DNA from: Ophelia neglecta
Lineage: Eukaryota
Direction: 5' to 3'
Assembly: GCA_965285935.1 (NCBI GenBank)
Contig: OZ260667.1
Span: 17,856,001 to 17,920,000, forward strand
DNA length: 64,000 nucleotides
In this document: positions 25,019-37,234 of the stretch, one piece after another
How the letters are laid out: every line of letters starts with the position of its first letter
Position numbering within the stretch: position 1 is the first letter of the stretch
Translations under genes and position numbers: made by a program
The notes under the pieces: model-generated
What the model saw: only the letters and a program-made list of their open reading frames with translations
What the model was told of the DNA's origin: nothing
Database searches by the model: none

Positions 25019-25073
25019 AGTGACTGCCTCCCGGTGACTGCCTCCTAGCGACAGCCTCGTAGCCTCAGCCTCC
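25019..25073. repeat. 14-bp short tandem repeat
   Basis: gtgactgcctcccg / gtgactgcctccta / gcgacagcctcgta. Confidence 0.7.
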
Positions 25074-27443
25074 AGGGACGGAATCTCACATAGCGTGCCT
25101 GGAAAAATAACTTTGAGCAGTCGACAGAGATAATCAAAACAAAAATCGAAGAGATGCTTATGTATATTATTTACTCTTTAAATAAAAAGATTTCGCCATT
25201 TAATTATTATAAATAATACTTTACCGAGAACGCACGAGTAATGCCTCAATTTTAAACTGGAACATGATCGATGCACACGCAAATATATTCGCTTTTTTAT
25301 TACGACCATCTGTCTCATTGCCGAGCGCGCGCTGCAAATGAGAAAAACGCAACACGAAAATGACATGTTTTTTATTTTACAAATTTACCGTGCCAGTTTC
25401 AACCGAATAGGGCTACATGGAACAAATTATCGTATTGCTTCAAGCAACGGTCGGTTTATGTGAACTTGTTTTTGTATTGTTTTAGGTTTGACCAGAATTA
25501 AGTCCAAGTGAACCTAAGACTGGTATTTTTATATATGTAGTGTATGAATCGCATTGGTTTAATTCGTAAAGATTTGTCCCATCCCACCATAAAAATGAAC
25601 AAGGAAACTATGGGGGTTATTCGATAGGGAGGGAGGGCCGGAAGAGCACAAACCCGTCTGGAACATGACGGAAAGGCTTCATGGGAAAAATACACATTAT
25701 AAACTGAAAAATCTAATACAAACCTGTGGAAATATACATATCAAAATATAAACACACAAAGGTCTACATATATAAACTGGTTCTGCAACAGAGTAAGGAA
25801 GCCTTGGTGTTCAATACAGTCATTAACAAGCGCTACTAAAGTATGAATCGTCAAATCTGTCATGAAATCATCCCAAGTCAAATATCACCTTTTTTGAATT
25901 TCCATTACGGGTAGATTTTGAATTAAAAGTTTATTCGTTCAAGGTAAAAGGCAGTAGAGTGCGGTGTAATTGATATTATGATTTTAAATGGCTTCATATT
26001 GTTACAGACCCAATTATTAGACCTTAATTTCACACAAAAGAAGTCAGAAAATTGACAACAGTCTAAACATAATATTGTTTATTTTATTGATGTATTTTAT
26101 TACAATATGATCGATGATGTTTTTGTTTAAGTATTTATTAAATTATTCCATATATAAAAAAATGTTCTAGATGACGCATAAAGCTTAAACAATGTAGCCA
26201 GTCTCCGCTCGGCAGCCACGAAAGCCCTTATATGACTAGGCCTAATATACTTTAGGCTCCTATATTTTCTCGTGGATGACTAGGCCTTATATATTTTAGG
26301 TTTTTAATCTGATAGATTGCTAGGTCTAATATACTTTAGACTTCTTTTCGAATATCATTTAGGTATATCATTGTCCAAACATTAACTATTCATAGATTAG
26401 AGCACATATAAAACAGTAATAGTACATCTTATATAAATCATCATAAAATCAGCGTCAAAATCAGATCCTTGAACTGTTAAGTATGGAGTGTTGGAGTACT
26501 TTTGGGTTTTTTTATATGATGGGCTATATGCGGCCTATAATTTTGAAAACCTGGCGTTTAAGTGCCTTGTTGCTACAGGTTGATTCTATAAAAGCTGGAA
26601 AATTTTGATTTTATTCCAACCCCCATCAAAGCAACAAAATCATGCATCAAAAAAACTGTGGCAAGTTTTTTGTAGCGTGATTCCGTCACTTCCTTAGCAG
26701 TGAATGACCAGTGCATGTTATAACTCTGACGTACAAGTTAAGCCCACTGAACACAACTTTCTCCATAAACATTACGGTCTTAGGGCTGACCGCCCAAGGA
26801 CCATGATTGTCTGGAAATATAGTGGTCAGAAGGCATAGGCTTAGGTAAAATCCACTGAGCCTACAACTCTGCATTACCTTCAATACACCGCTTGAATGTG
26901 ATGTAGAGTTATGGCGAATGAAAATGCATATAGTGGATTTTAACACATAGTATTGGATTAGTTACATTCAATAGGCTCGAATCGGGGTGGAGGGAAGGGC
27001 GGGTGTTCCTATTCCAAATTCAAGAATTCACAAATGTACAAACCGGGGTATGACCGACTGCCATTCCTATATGACCACGAAATAACATGCACGTGAACTC
27101 ACGTGACTAACTAGCGTTACCCGTGACATATGGAACAGCCATAATCAGTCCCAAAACATATTATAACATTGTAAGGCCGTTTTCCTGTTAAACCTGACTT
27201 TTATAGTGATGAAATACCAGGGAATAAACGATGACGAGTTAGTATAATGTTAGTGTCATCCAAATACAAAGTCATCATTTGGCAATATGTCGGGACTACC
27301 AAGTTAACTAGCTAGCTAGGGGCAATAGAACCATGTGGTTATAACATGCACGACTGAAACGTGACTAACAAGCGTTATACCACAGATCGAGCCAATACGT
27401 ATTCTACAATATTTTTACAGTGCCACCACTACTTGCGATTTTT

Positions 27444-27588
27444 ATCGTTCCATATTCTCCTAATGTTTTTGGGCATCAAAGTCTATAATCATTTGCTAGA
27501 TTATTCATTCATATAACCCTCGATGTTATCGTTCATTGTTCTCCTAATGATTTTAGTCATCAAAGTTTATAATCATTTGCTAGATTAT
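27444..27588. repeat. Tandem duplication, ~84-bp period
   Basis: catcaaagt.tataatcatttgctagattatt occurs twice. Confidence 0.8.
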
Positions 27589-29929
27589 TTATAGAATCCT
27601 CGCTGATGTATTTAACTGGCTCCTCTAGGTATAGAACCGCATATTGTGGAATATCTCTCCTGAAGTATATTTTGCCTGTTCATTTGCCAAAAAAGTAGGT
27701 ACCAAAGCTGTTGGTTGCCTTTCTCGTAGCTTTGTCTTGGCTCCTTAAACCGGTAGGACGGGCTAATTCTGGGTTTCAGTGTTCCGTCGGATGCTCAAAT
27801 GAAGAGCCAAAAGTCTGAAATAAAAGGAAGTACATGTTCATTAATTTTCTTATTTGTCCGTCGCTCTACATTAAACATATAAATAGCGCCAATTCGGGTA
27901 ATTGCATAATTTTATGCGCGCGGAATAAGCGAATATTTACTGCGCGGAATTAAATGATACCCAAAGCTACTCATCTTAAGACATTAAAGGCCTTTTGGAC
28001 TCGGATTAAGCTTATTTCATTCTCGGAAATTAACCCGTTATTTCAATGTGTAATAAGAAGATGAGCGATGATAAAGCAATGTTACGCTTTAAAGCTCTTT
28101 TACATTATTCCAACTCCAACCTTAGCTGGTAAGCTTGGTACATGCCCCGTAAGGGTAAATTCGGTTTATTTTTTGCACACATGAAACTAGCAGTCTTTAC
28201 CTAGGATAAACGGCATTGAAAAAGATTGGCTTACCGTGAACACAAATGCCAGCAGCGGTGTTTGCATACATGTCCTCGTGGATGTATCGTTACCTGTGGA
28301 AGCTCAACGAGAATGCCCATCAAACGCCGACACAAACCCAACATTTTGTGACACAACTTCTCTCAATTTTTTCAGCGTCAACATCACGAATGAGGGTTGT
28401 AAAAGGCATAAGAATCGCCCTCAACGAAGTAGGACTTGGTACTTGTCGGCCAACCTGCCTGATTTAGACATACATGTACGCTAAAGGCATCGCGCAAGCC
28501 TCCTCGTGGTGGCCAAAGAAGCCAACAGCTAGCTCGTCACGGCGGTGGACACATGAGTCAATTTGTATAAGCCTGTGCAACCGACTTCCATTTAGTGACA
28601 AACGACCGGCAAGAGCAGCGAGCAGATCAGAGAGACAGCCTACGCAAAACCTCGCTTGTAGCAAATGCTGGACACAGAATAAATTAATAAATTATCAGGC
28701 ATACAAAAACATTCACGCATGGCTATTTCCATATATTCGAACTTTTTTGGTTAACATTGCCAGAAATAAAGTTTCTTTCGTTTCACAACGAAAATTTTTT
28801 TTTCTCTCCTAACATGCCCACGACCGACAAAGTTTTCTTTACGATATTTTTATACTCAAATCAGTTTCACACTCAAATCAGTGCAAACAAATCAAAATGC
28901 TAACGTTACAAATATTAAGTTAACTGGAGTAAAAGTTGAGTCATTTCTCGCATTGCTTACATCCCCACAGAAAGTTGGCTAATATATTTAATAAACGTGC
29001 CTCCTCCAGCAATCCAAACTTTCAGAGGAGCCGCAAACCGTAGGCCTAGAAAATTTCTGAACGAAAACTATAAAATTAATGAAATAGTTTGATAGGATGT
29101 CCTTGACACGAAGGGTTAAATAAAATGTAGGTACTATGCCAAGAAGGTTTTCACAACTTAATTGTTTCTATATCAAAGAATGTGTTATCCGAATTTTCAC
29201 AACACATACTGTAATAGTATAGGCCTAGGTGCTATATTCAAGAGTTGTCGGTCAGGTATTTTAACAGATCAGAGCAACTAACTATCTCCAGGCGGCCGGT
29301 CATTTATTCTCGCAATATGAGTGATTATTTCAGTTTATACAAATGTGTTTCTACAAGCATCTAGGAGTACTGATCAATATCAGCGAAAAAGTCATGTAGG
29401 CCTTTGATGTTGTTGTGCGCTTCTGCACTCTTTGTGGTCACATCAGACGTAAAACCTCATAAACATTCGTCAGCCGCCTATTTCCAGGGCCGATGTATTT
29501 AAATCATAAATTAAAGATCGTACTATGCCAATATATACCTGGGAGCCTTTCGCCTTTAACAGCAATGTAAGCCTATGTGGTACATAACGATTCAAAGTAA
29601 TTCACGGGCACTTTAGTTTCAGAGGTGCCATCTAGTGTAGGCAACCAAACCTGAACTCCTATCAAGACGGCTACCTAACAATCGAATTGTAGGGATACTA
29701 GCCATTATTAACAAATTAATCTGTGCCCTGGTTCAGATGTGTTGGGTTGGGGTGGGGGAGTTCCTCTTTTTAATGCCGGGTTTGCTCCCTGCACATTAAA
29801 AATGGGGTTCATTATGATAAAACGTCTTCAAAAAGCAGCCTTTTTGAGAAAGATTAAGGGACCCTTTTGGTAGAAAAATATCTTCCGTGTGGGTGGTAAG
29901 CATTTTCGGATGACAAATCAGATGGAAAA

Positions 29930-31985
29930 CGGCTTTAATAGGCCTATAATAAATATTCATATCGGGGCGTTTTTAGTTAAGTTGCAAAATGATGATATCT
30001 ACTACTTAAAGGTTGGTATATAGCCTTGGGTACTATTGTTCAAGTGGTTGGGAATGTACTTTGCAAGGCCTTCGCCACTTTGTGGTTGGTTGCAATATGA
30101 GGCTAATATAAAGGAATTTAATGTATTAAAAATATATGTTGGCGCCTTTTTTTCTTTAAGTGGCTAGGAAGTGACAAAACATTGATATCAAAAGGGTCGG
30201 TTCTATATTGTTGGGCACTATTGTTCAAGTGGCTAGGAAAGTACCTTGTACGGCCTCCGCCACGTTTTGGTTGATGCCACAATGAGATCAATATAATCGG
30301 CTTTAATATAATAAAAAATTTATATTGGCGCGATTTTTCGTTAAGTGGCTAGGAAGTGGCAAAATGATCATACCTATTCCTAAAAATTCGGTATATAGTC
30401 TTGGGAACTATTGTTCTAGTGGCTAGAAAAAAACCTTGCATGGCTTTCATTACTTTGTGGTTGGTGGCAAAAAGAGGCCAATATAATCGGCTTTAATATA
30501 ATGAAAATTCATATTGGCGTGATTTTTCGTTAAGTGGCATTGAAGTGGCAAAACTTTGATTTTTTTCTAAATGGTCGGTTCTATATTGTTGGGCACTATT
30601 GTTCAAGTGGCTAGGAAAGTACCTTGTACGGCCTCTGCCACGTTTTGATTTTTCGTTAAGTGGCTAGGAAGTGGCAAAATGATCATACCTATTCCTAAAA
30701 ATTCGGTATATAGTCTTGGGAACTATTGTTCTAGTGGCTAGAAAAAAACCTTGCATGGCTTTCATTACTTTGTGGTTGGTGGCAAAAAGAGGCCAATATA
30801 ATCGGCTTTAATATAATGAAAATTCATATTGGCGTGATTTTTCGTTAAGTGGCATTGAAGTGGCAAAACGTTGATTTTTTTCTAAATGGTCGGTTCTATA
30901 TTGTTGGGCACTATTGTTCAAGTGGCTAGGAAAGTACCTTGTACGGCCTCCGCCACGTTTTGGTTGATGCCACAATGAGATCAGTATAATCGGCTTTAAT
31001 ATAATGAAAAATTTATATTGGCGTGATTTTTCGTTAAGTGGCTAGGAAGTGGCAAAATGATCATACCTATTCCTAAAAATTCGGTATATAGTCTTGGGAA
31101 CTATTGTTCTAGTGGCTAGAAAAAAACCTTGCATGGCTTCCGTAACTTTGTGGTTGGTGGCAAAAAGAGGCCAATATAATCGGCTTTAATATAATGAAAA
31201 TTCATATTGGCGTGATTTTTCGTTAAGTGGCATTGAAGTGGCAAAACGTTGATTTTTTTCTAAATTGTCGGTTCTATATTGTTGGGCACTATTTTTCAAG
31301 TGGCTAGGAAAGTGGCTTGCACGGCCTCGGTCACTTTGTAGTTGGTGGCAAAATAAGGCCAATTTGATCGGCTTTAATATATTAAAAATTCAGATTGGCG
31401 CGATTTTTAGTTAAGTGGCTAGGAAGTGGCAAAAATGTGATATCTATTCCTAAAAACTGGGTATAGAGCCTTGGGTACTATTGTTCAAGTGGCTAGGAAA
31501 GTACCTTGCACGGCTTCCGTTACTTTGTGGTTGGTGGCAAAATGAGGCCAATATAATCGGCTTTAATATAATAAAAATTCATATTGGCGCGTTATTTAGT
31601 TAAGTGGCTAGGAAGTGGCAAAAATTTGATATCTATTCCTAAAAACTGGGTATAGAGCCTTGGGTGCTATTGTTCAAGTGGCTAGGAAAGTACCTTGCAC
31701 GGCCTCGGTCACTTTGTGGTTGGTGACAAAATTAGGCCAATATAATCGGCTTTAATATATCAAAAATTCACAATGGCGCAAATTTAATTTAAGTGGCTAG
31801 GAAGTGCAAAAAGGTGATTTTCATTCCTAGAATCTCGGTTTATAGCCTTGTGTACTATTGTTCAAGTGGCTAGGAAAGTACCTTGCACGACCTCCGTCAC
31901 TTTGTGGTTGGTGGCAAAATGAGGCCAATATAATGGAATTAAATGTATTAAAATTACATATTAGCGCGTTTTTTCTTAAAGTGGG
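29930..31985. repeat. ~189-bp satellite array, ~11 units, with internal dimeric higher-order repeat
   Basis: aagtggc..gaagtggcaaaa recurs at ~30345, 30534, 30660, 30849, 31038, 31228, 31415, 31605 and 31793. A and B variants alternate. Confidence 0.95.
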
Positions 31986-33789
31986 TAAATACCATATGTC
32001 TCTGTGTAGGACTATGTGATAAGTTTAGATTCAGAGCAAATCACGGGCATTTCTGTTTCAGAGGAGGCATCTGGTGTAGGCAGCCAAACCTAAACTCACA
32101 TCAAGGCGACTACTTAACTATCGAATTGTAGGTATTCTAGCCATTATTATTAATTAAATCCCTGCCCTGGTTCAGATTGTTGACTTACTCTCAAAATGAT
32201 GGGGGTACTCCCTGCACATTAAAAACGGTGATAATTATGATAAAAGTCTTCAAAAAGCAGCCTTTTTGATAAAGATAAATGTACCATATTAGTCGAAAAA
32301 TATCTTCCGAAAGGCTCAGCATATGCGATGTCCGCGGAGGACTTATTAACGTGAAACACATTCTTATGTTAATACACGCAGCCAATTTTCAGTCGCGCAG
32401 TCTGCACTTTCATATAAGTATCAAATTAGAATGTTACCGGGAAAAACCTTAAAACCGTGGTTTGATACCGAACGGAGGGTCGCAGCGCAAATTTGCTGGC
32501 AGTGGCGGTCTCAATGGAAATATTGCAATACTCGAAAGAATATCTACTTATCGAGTCTTAAAAATAAGAAAAAAGCGGGAGTATCGGAATAAAAACATAC
32601 AGGATATGTGTAGCCTAATCTACTTTAGACCGATCTGGTATCTACGCAACTTAAATCTTGGACAAATCTGGCGCCCCCGCTGGTGATGAATTTGTAAGTT
32701 ATTTTCACAAATGTTCATTGGCCGTTGCGCAAACTTATTTTAACCCATCATACGCGGTCGAAGCAATTTTGTTTTTAAAACAATGTAACGATGGCCTTAT
32801 AACCAACGTGTATTAAAATATACATGAACATGAAATGATAAATACTCTGTTAATAGAGGCCGATATCTCATTGGCTATAGACTATCTGAAATGAATAAAT
32901 CCCCTGGAATTGATCGATTCTCTGCCGAGTACATTAAGGGGGGCTAACCCAAGTTCATTTATAGTTTGAAATACATTTACTCTTACCTTAGGGCTATTTC
33001 ATTAAAAAATGGAGGGCGGAAAGGTTCAATATTTACCCCCCACCCACCCCTTACACGGGGGTGGTCCAATGCGCAGGGGAGGGGAGGATAAGTTATTCTA
33101 TCCACACACGCATTAAAGTCGTGTAGGCCTATAACGTTGGTGTGGGCGTTATGCACTCTCGGGTGTCAAAACAGACGGAAAACCTCAAAAAGAATCGTTA
33201 ACCCACCATTACCAAGCCGCGGTATCTCAATAATATAAATTGAAGGTGGATTTAACCATATTATGCCATAATATACGAGGCATAGGAACCTTTAGCAGCA
33301 ATGTAGGCCTATGAGGTTGATTTCGATTCAGAGCAATTCACGACCATTTTAGATTCAGAGGTGTCATCTGGTGAATGCAGCCAAACCTGAACTCCTATTA
33401 AGACGACTACTTAACAATCGCATGGTAGGTATTCTAGCCATTAGGCCTATTATCAATTTAATCCTTGCCCTGGTTCAGATGTGTTGGGGGGGGGGGAGGG
33501 GGGTTCCCGCGCACTTTGAAAACCGGGAATCATTATGATAAAATGTATTCAAAAAGCAGCCCTTTTGATAAAGATAAAGGTACCCTTTGGTTGAAAAACA
33601 TATTCCGAAAGGCGGAATTGACGAGAATCACAATCCTATATTTATATAGGCAGCTAATTTTCAATCTAGTTTATGATCAGCAAGCATCAAACTAGACTGT
33701 CATCGGCCAAAACCTTACACCGTGGTTTGATAACGAGCTGAGAGACCCTGCCGAATGCACTAAGGGGGCTAAACCCATTGTATTCATGC

Positions 33790-34120
33790 CAAGTCTTGGG
33801 TACTATTATTCAAGTGGTTAGGGAAGTACCTTGCACGGCCTCCGTCACTCTGTTGTTGGTGGCAAAATGAGGCTAATATAATCGGCTTTAATATAATAAA
33901 AATTCATATTGGCCCGTTTTTTTAATTAAATGGCTAGGAAATGGCAAAAATGTGATATCTATTCCTAAAAACTCGCTATATAGCCTTGGGTATTATTGTT
34001 CAAGTGGCTAGGAAAGTACTTTGCACGGCCTCCGTCACTTTGTGATTGGTGGCAAAATGAGGCCAATATAATGGAATTAAATGTATTAAAAATACATATT
34101 GGCGCGTTTTTTCTTAAAGT
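33790..34120. repeat. ~1.7 further units of the 189-bp satellite
   Basis: ttcaagtgg.tagg.aagtac.ttgcacggcctccgtcact at ~33810 and ~33999. Confidence 0.9.
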
Positions 34121-36093
34121 GGGTAGTACTATATGTCTTTGTGTAGGCCTATGTGATAAGTTTAGATTCAGAGCAATTCACGGGCATTTCTGTTTCAGAG
34201 GTGCCATCTGGTGAAGGCAGCCAAACCTAAGCTCACATCAAGACGACTACTTAACTATCGAATTGTAGGTATTCTAGCCATTATTATTAATTAAATCCCT
34301 GCCCTGGTTCAGATAATATATGGTGGGGGGGGGGGGGGAGAGAGACTCCTTTTTAAATGGTGGGGTACTCCCTGCACATTAAAAACGGGGATAATTATGA
34401 TAAAAGTCTTCAAATAGCAGCCTTTGTGATAAAGATAAAGGTACCCTTTTGGTCGAAAATATCTTCCGAAAGGCTCAACATATGCGATGTCCGCGGAGGC
34501 ATTATTAACGTCAAGCAAATTCTTATGTTAATACACGCCGCTAATTTTCAGTCTCGCAGTCTGATATTTTATAATCAAGTATCAAATTAGGGCAAAAACC
34601 TTGCACCGTGGTTTGATACCGAACGGAAGGATGCAACGCAAATTTGCTGGCAGTGGCGGTGTCAATGATAATATTGCAATACTCGAAAGAATATCTACTT
34701 ATCGAGTCTTAAAAATAAGAAAAAAAAGCGGGAGTATCGGAATAAAAACATACAGGATATGTGTAGCCTAATCTACTTTAGACCGATCTGGTATGTACGC
34801 AAACTTAAATCTTTTAAAGCTTGGACTTTACCAGGGCCACAGCATCTCAATGATATTAATTTTAGGTGAATATAACCATATTATGCCATAATATACGAGG
34901 CATAGGAACCTTTAGCATAAATGTAGGCCTATGTGGTAAGTTTCGATTCAGAGCAATTCACGGGCATTTTAGTTTCAGAGGTGCCATCTGGTGAATGCAG
35001 CCAAACCTGAGCTAATATCAAGACAACTACATAACAATCGCATGGTAGGTATTCTAGCCATTGGGCCTATTATCAATTTAATCCTTGCCCTGGTTCAGAT
35101 GTGTTGGGTGGGGGGGGGGGGGGGAGGGAAATCTGCGCACATTAAAAACCGGGAATCATTATGATAAAATGTCTTCAAAAAGCAGCCCTTTTGATAAAGA
35201 TAAAGGTACACTTTTGGTTGAAAAACATCTCCCGAAAGGCGGAATTGACGAGAATCACAATCCCATATTTATATAGGCAGCTAATTTTCAATCTCGTTTA
35301 TGATCAACTAGCATCAAACTAGACTGTCATCGGCCAGAACCTTACACCGTGGTTTGATAACGAGCTGAGAGAACCTGCCGAATGCACTAAGGGGGCTAAA
35401 CCCATTGTATTCATAGTTTAAAATACCTCTATAATCACCCTAGGGCTATTTAAACTAAATAATGTTTGAAAGATGTCCAGGGGAAACTACCTGGAATGTC
35501 TACCAAACCCCCAACCCATCCCTATCCAACCCCATCCTCGGGAGTTCAGTGAAATACGGGAATTTCCCGGGCAATGGTGGGGGAAATACCAGAGGATTGT
35601 TTCATTTAGAGTCCCCGGTCCGGCGGGCTTTTCTGCAAATTTCCGAATCACTAGCCCTTAGAGGATCGGGAAACAGGAATTTCTCGGGCGATTTCTCTGG
35701 ACTTCAACTTATCACCGCACACCTTCAGACTTCGTTGGCTGTGCTGATCAGGTAAATAGATTAAACCCGCCGCCTTTTTTTCCACTGAAATATCATTCAG
35801 CCACTCACTTTTAGTTATCGAAATGGTGAAATTATGACCGTGTCCTTTTTTACTTTTTAGTGAGGGACATCCCTGTCCATTAAATATTGTACATATGCCT
35901 ATAATATTGTTGTATTTGTTTTTGTGTTTCGTAGAGAAAAATATTCTGATTCGCATTTACAAATGGCTGTTTGTTGTAACAACGGCAGCAAACGAATGTA
36001 AAATCTAGCACCATGACGTTCCTTACTCAACTGCTGCAGCTATATTTCTAGTGAAGTTAAGACTAAGTACCATCGAGCCAGCCCGTGGGGATG

Positions 36094-36310
36094 GATATCC
36101 AGCCACGCCCGAGCCCATCTACTGTGCCCTTGTGGATTCTGTGAGCTGAAAGAGTGTTGGTCCGGACAAGCAATTGCATGTGACGAATGCTCCGCATGGT
36201 ATCACCAATCTTGTCTTGAAATGGAGAGGGAAGATAATATAGCAAGGAACACAGGACAGGAATGTGTATGTTCTGTCATCATTGTAACATCCCAAATTAT
36301 GATACCATAT
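36094..36310 (+). mobile_element. Relic N-terminus of a CR1/L2/RTE-X-group LINE ORF: degenerate 2A-like motif plus PHD finger
   Basis: DIQPRPSP (cf. DIxPNPGP), then after a frameshift PCGFCELKECWSGQAIACDECSAWYHQSCLEM, then after another frameshift FCHHCNIPNY, giving C4HC3. Confidence 0.7.
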
Positions 36311-36732
36311 ACAACTCCTAACGTAGTATCTTACTCGTCCAGAGAACTCAATTCTGTGACTACAGATGTGGCTGTAGACTCAGATATAAACCCCACCAAA
36401 ACCTCATGATTCGGTAAAGGGCGTGGAACTACCATTTGACAGAGACAATCCTTCGGAAGCAGCCTTCAGTAACTCTAAAATGGACTACTTTGCACTCGAG
36501 ATAAACCATGATCGAACAGTAGTGGAAAGAAATGGAATGATTTTTACATGACTCGCTACGCATGCGTTCCAACATTAGCTTGGGACAAGTTTGAACTCAA
36601 ACTCTTGTATATATTCTATCTGAATGTTTATCAGCCGAAGACGTACATAAGAGAATTAAACATTCACAGACAGATCAATAAATTTTAATTTCTGATATCT
36701 TATCTATGTTTTTCCGTTAAGAATAAGATCTG

Positions 36733-37234
36733 TTACTCTTTGCTTTGTAGATTGAACTCGCGAATCAGCTCATTGATGATTTGTTCATCTTCGTAGCCTA
36801 GGAAAGCGTTATAACCTTTACCAGAATCCACTTCTTCGCGCTTTGGTTCATATATTCTTCTCTCCTTTGTTTCAAATGTCGCGTGGCCAGTGTCGTATCC
36901 ACGCCCTGTCCTCTTGATTGTTTTAGGATTTTCTTGTGTGTAATGGTTGATTTGAGACAGTTGTGGTTTCTTGTGATACTCACTAATGTCCGGGACAGAA
37001 TCTGGGGCTAAATATGGATGCAATTTCCTCTCGACCGGTGGGTTTGATGAGGGCCGATTTATGGTTTTCTGATCATTAAGAGTGTATACATTTCCAATTT
37101 TAGCTGAGGATGTGTAACTTTGCCCATTCTGCTTTTTTATTTTATTTGCATAATTTCGAATTTGAAACGAACCGACGTGCACCACATCTATATCTTCGTC
37201 ATCAGGACCCACGCGCTCAAATAAAGGGTCAAAT
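36733..37234 (-). CDS. Candidate terminal coding exon of an unidentified gene (~166 codons)
   Basis: Longest ORF after the GPCR despite AT-rich context. It begins at a pyrimidine tract plus CAG (tttccctttttgcaccaaccag|), reads FDPLFERVGPDDED...EFNLQSKE*, and has ATTAAA ~45 nt after the stop. No recognisable domain. Confidence 0.45.

Larger units (their letters stand above)
29385..35460. repeat. Composite repeat: five copies of a flanking module interleaved with satellite arrays
   Basis: The module (ttcacgggca..tttcagagg..catct.gtg..ccaaacct..ctagccatta..gccctggttcagat..cagccttt) occurs at ~29385-29900, 31985-32660, 33115-33785, 34120-34815 and 34845-35460. Copy 2 pairs with copy 4 and copy 3 with copy 5. 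Confidence 0.9.

Noticed and set aside
29930-31985. CRISPR-like periodicity (AAGTGGCTAGGAA recurring)
   Set aside because: The intervening sequences are themselves repeated, there are no cas genes and the context is eukaryotic; this is satellite DNA.
32669-32686. ggcgcccccgctggtg as a CTCF site
   Set aside because: Needs a 2-nt gap to fit the consensus and occurs only once.
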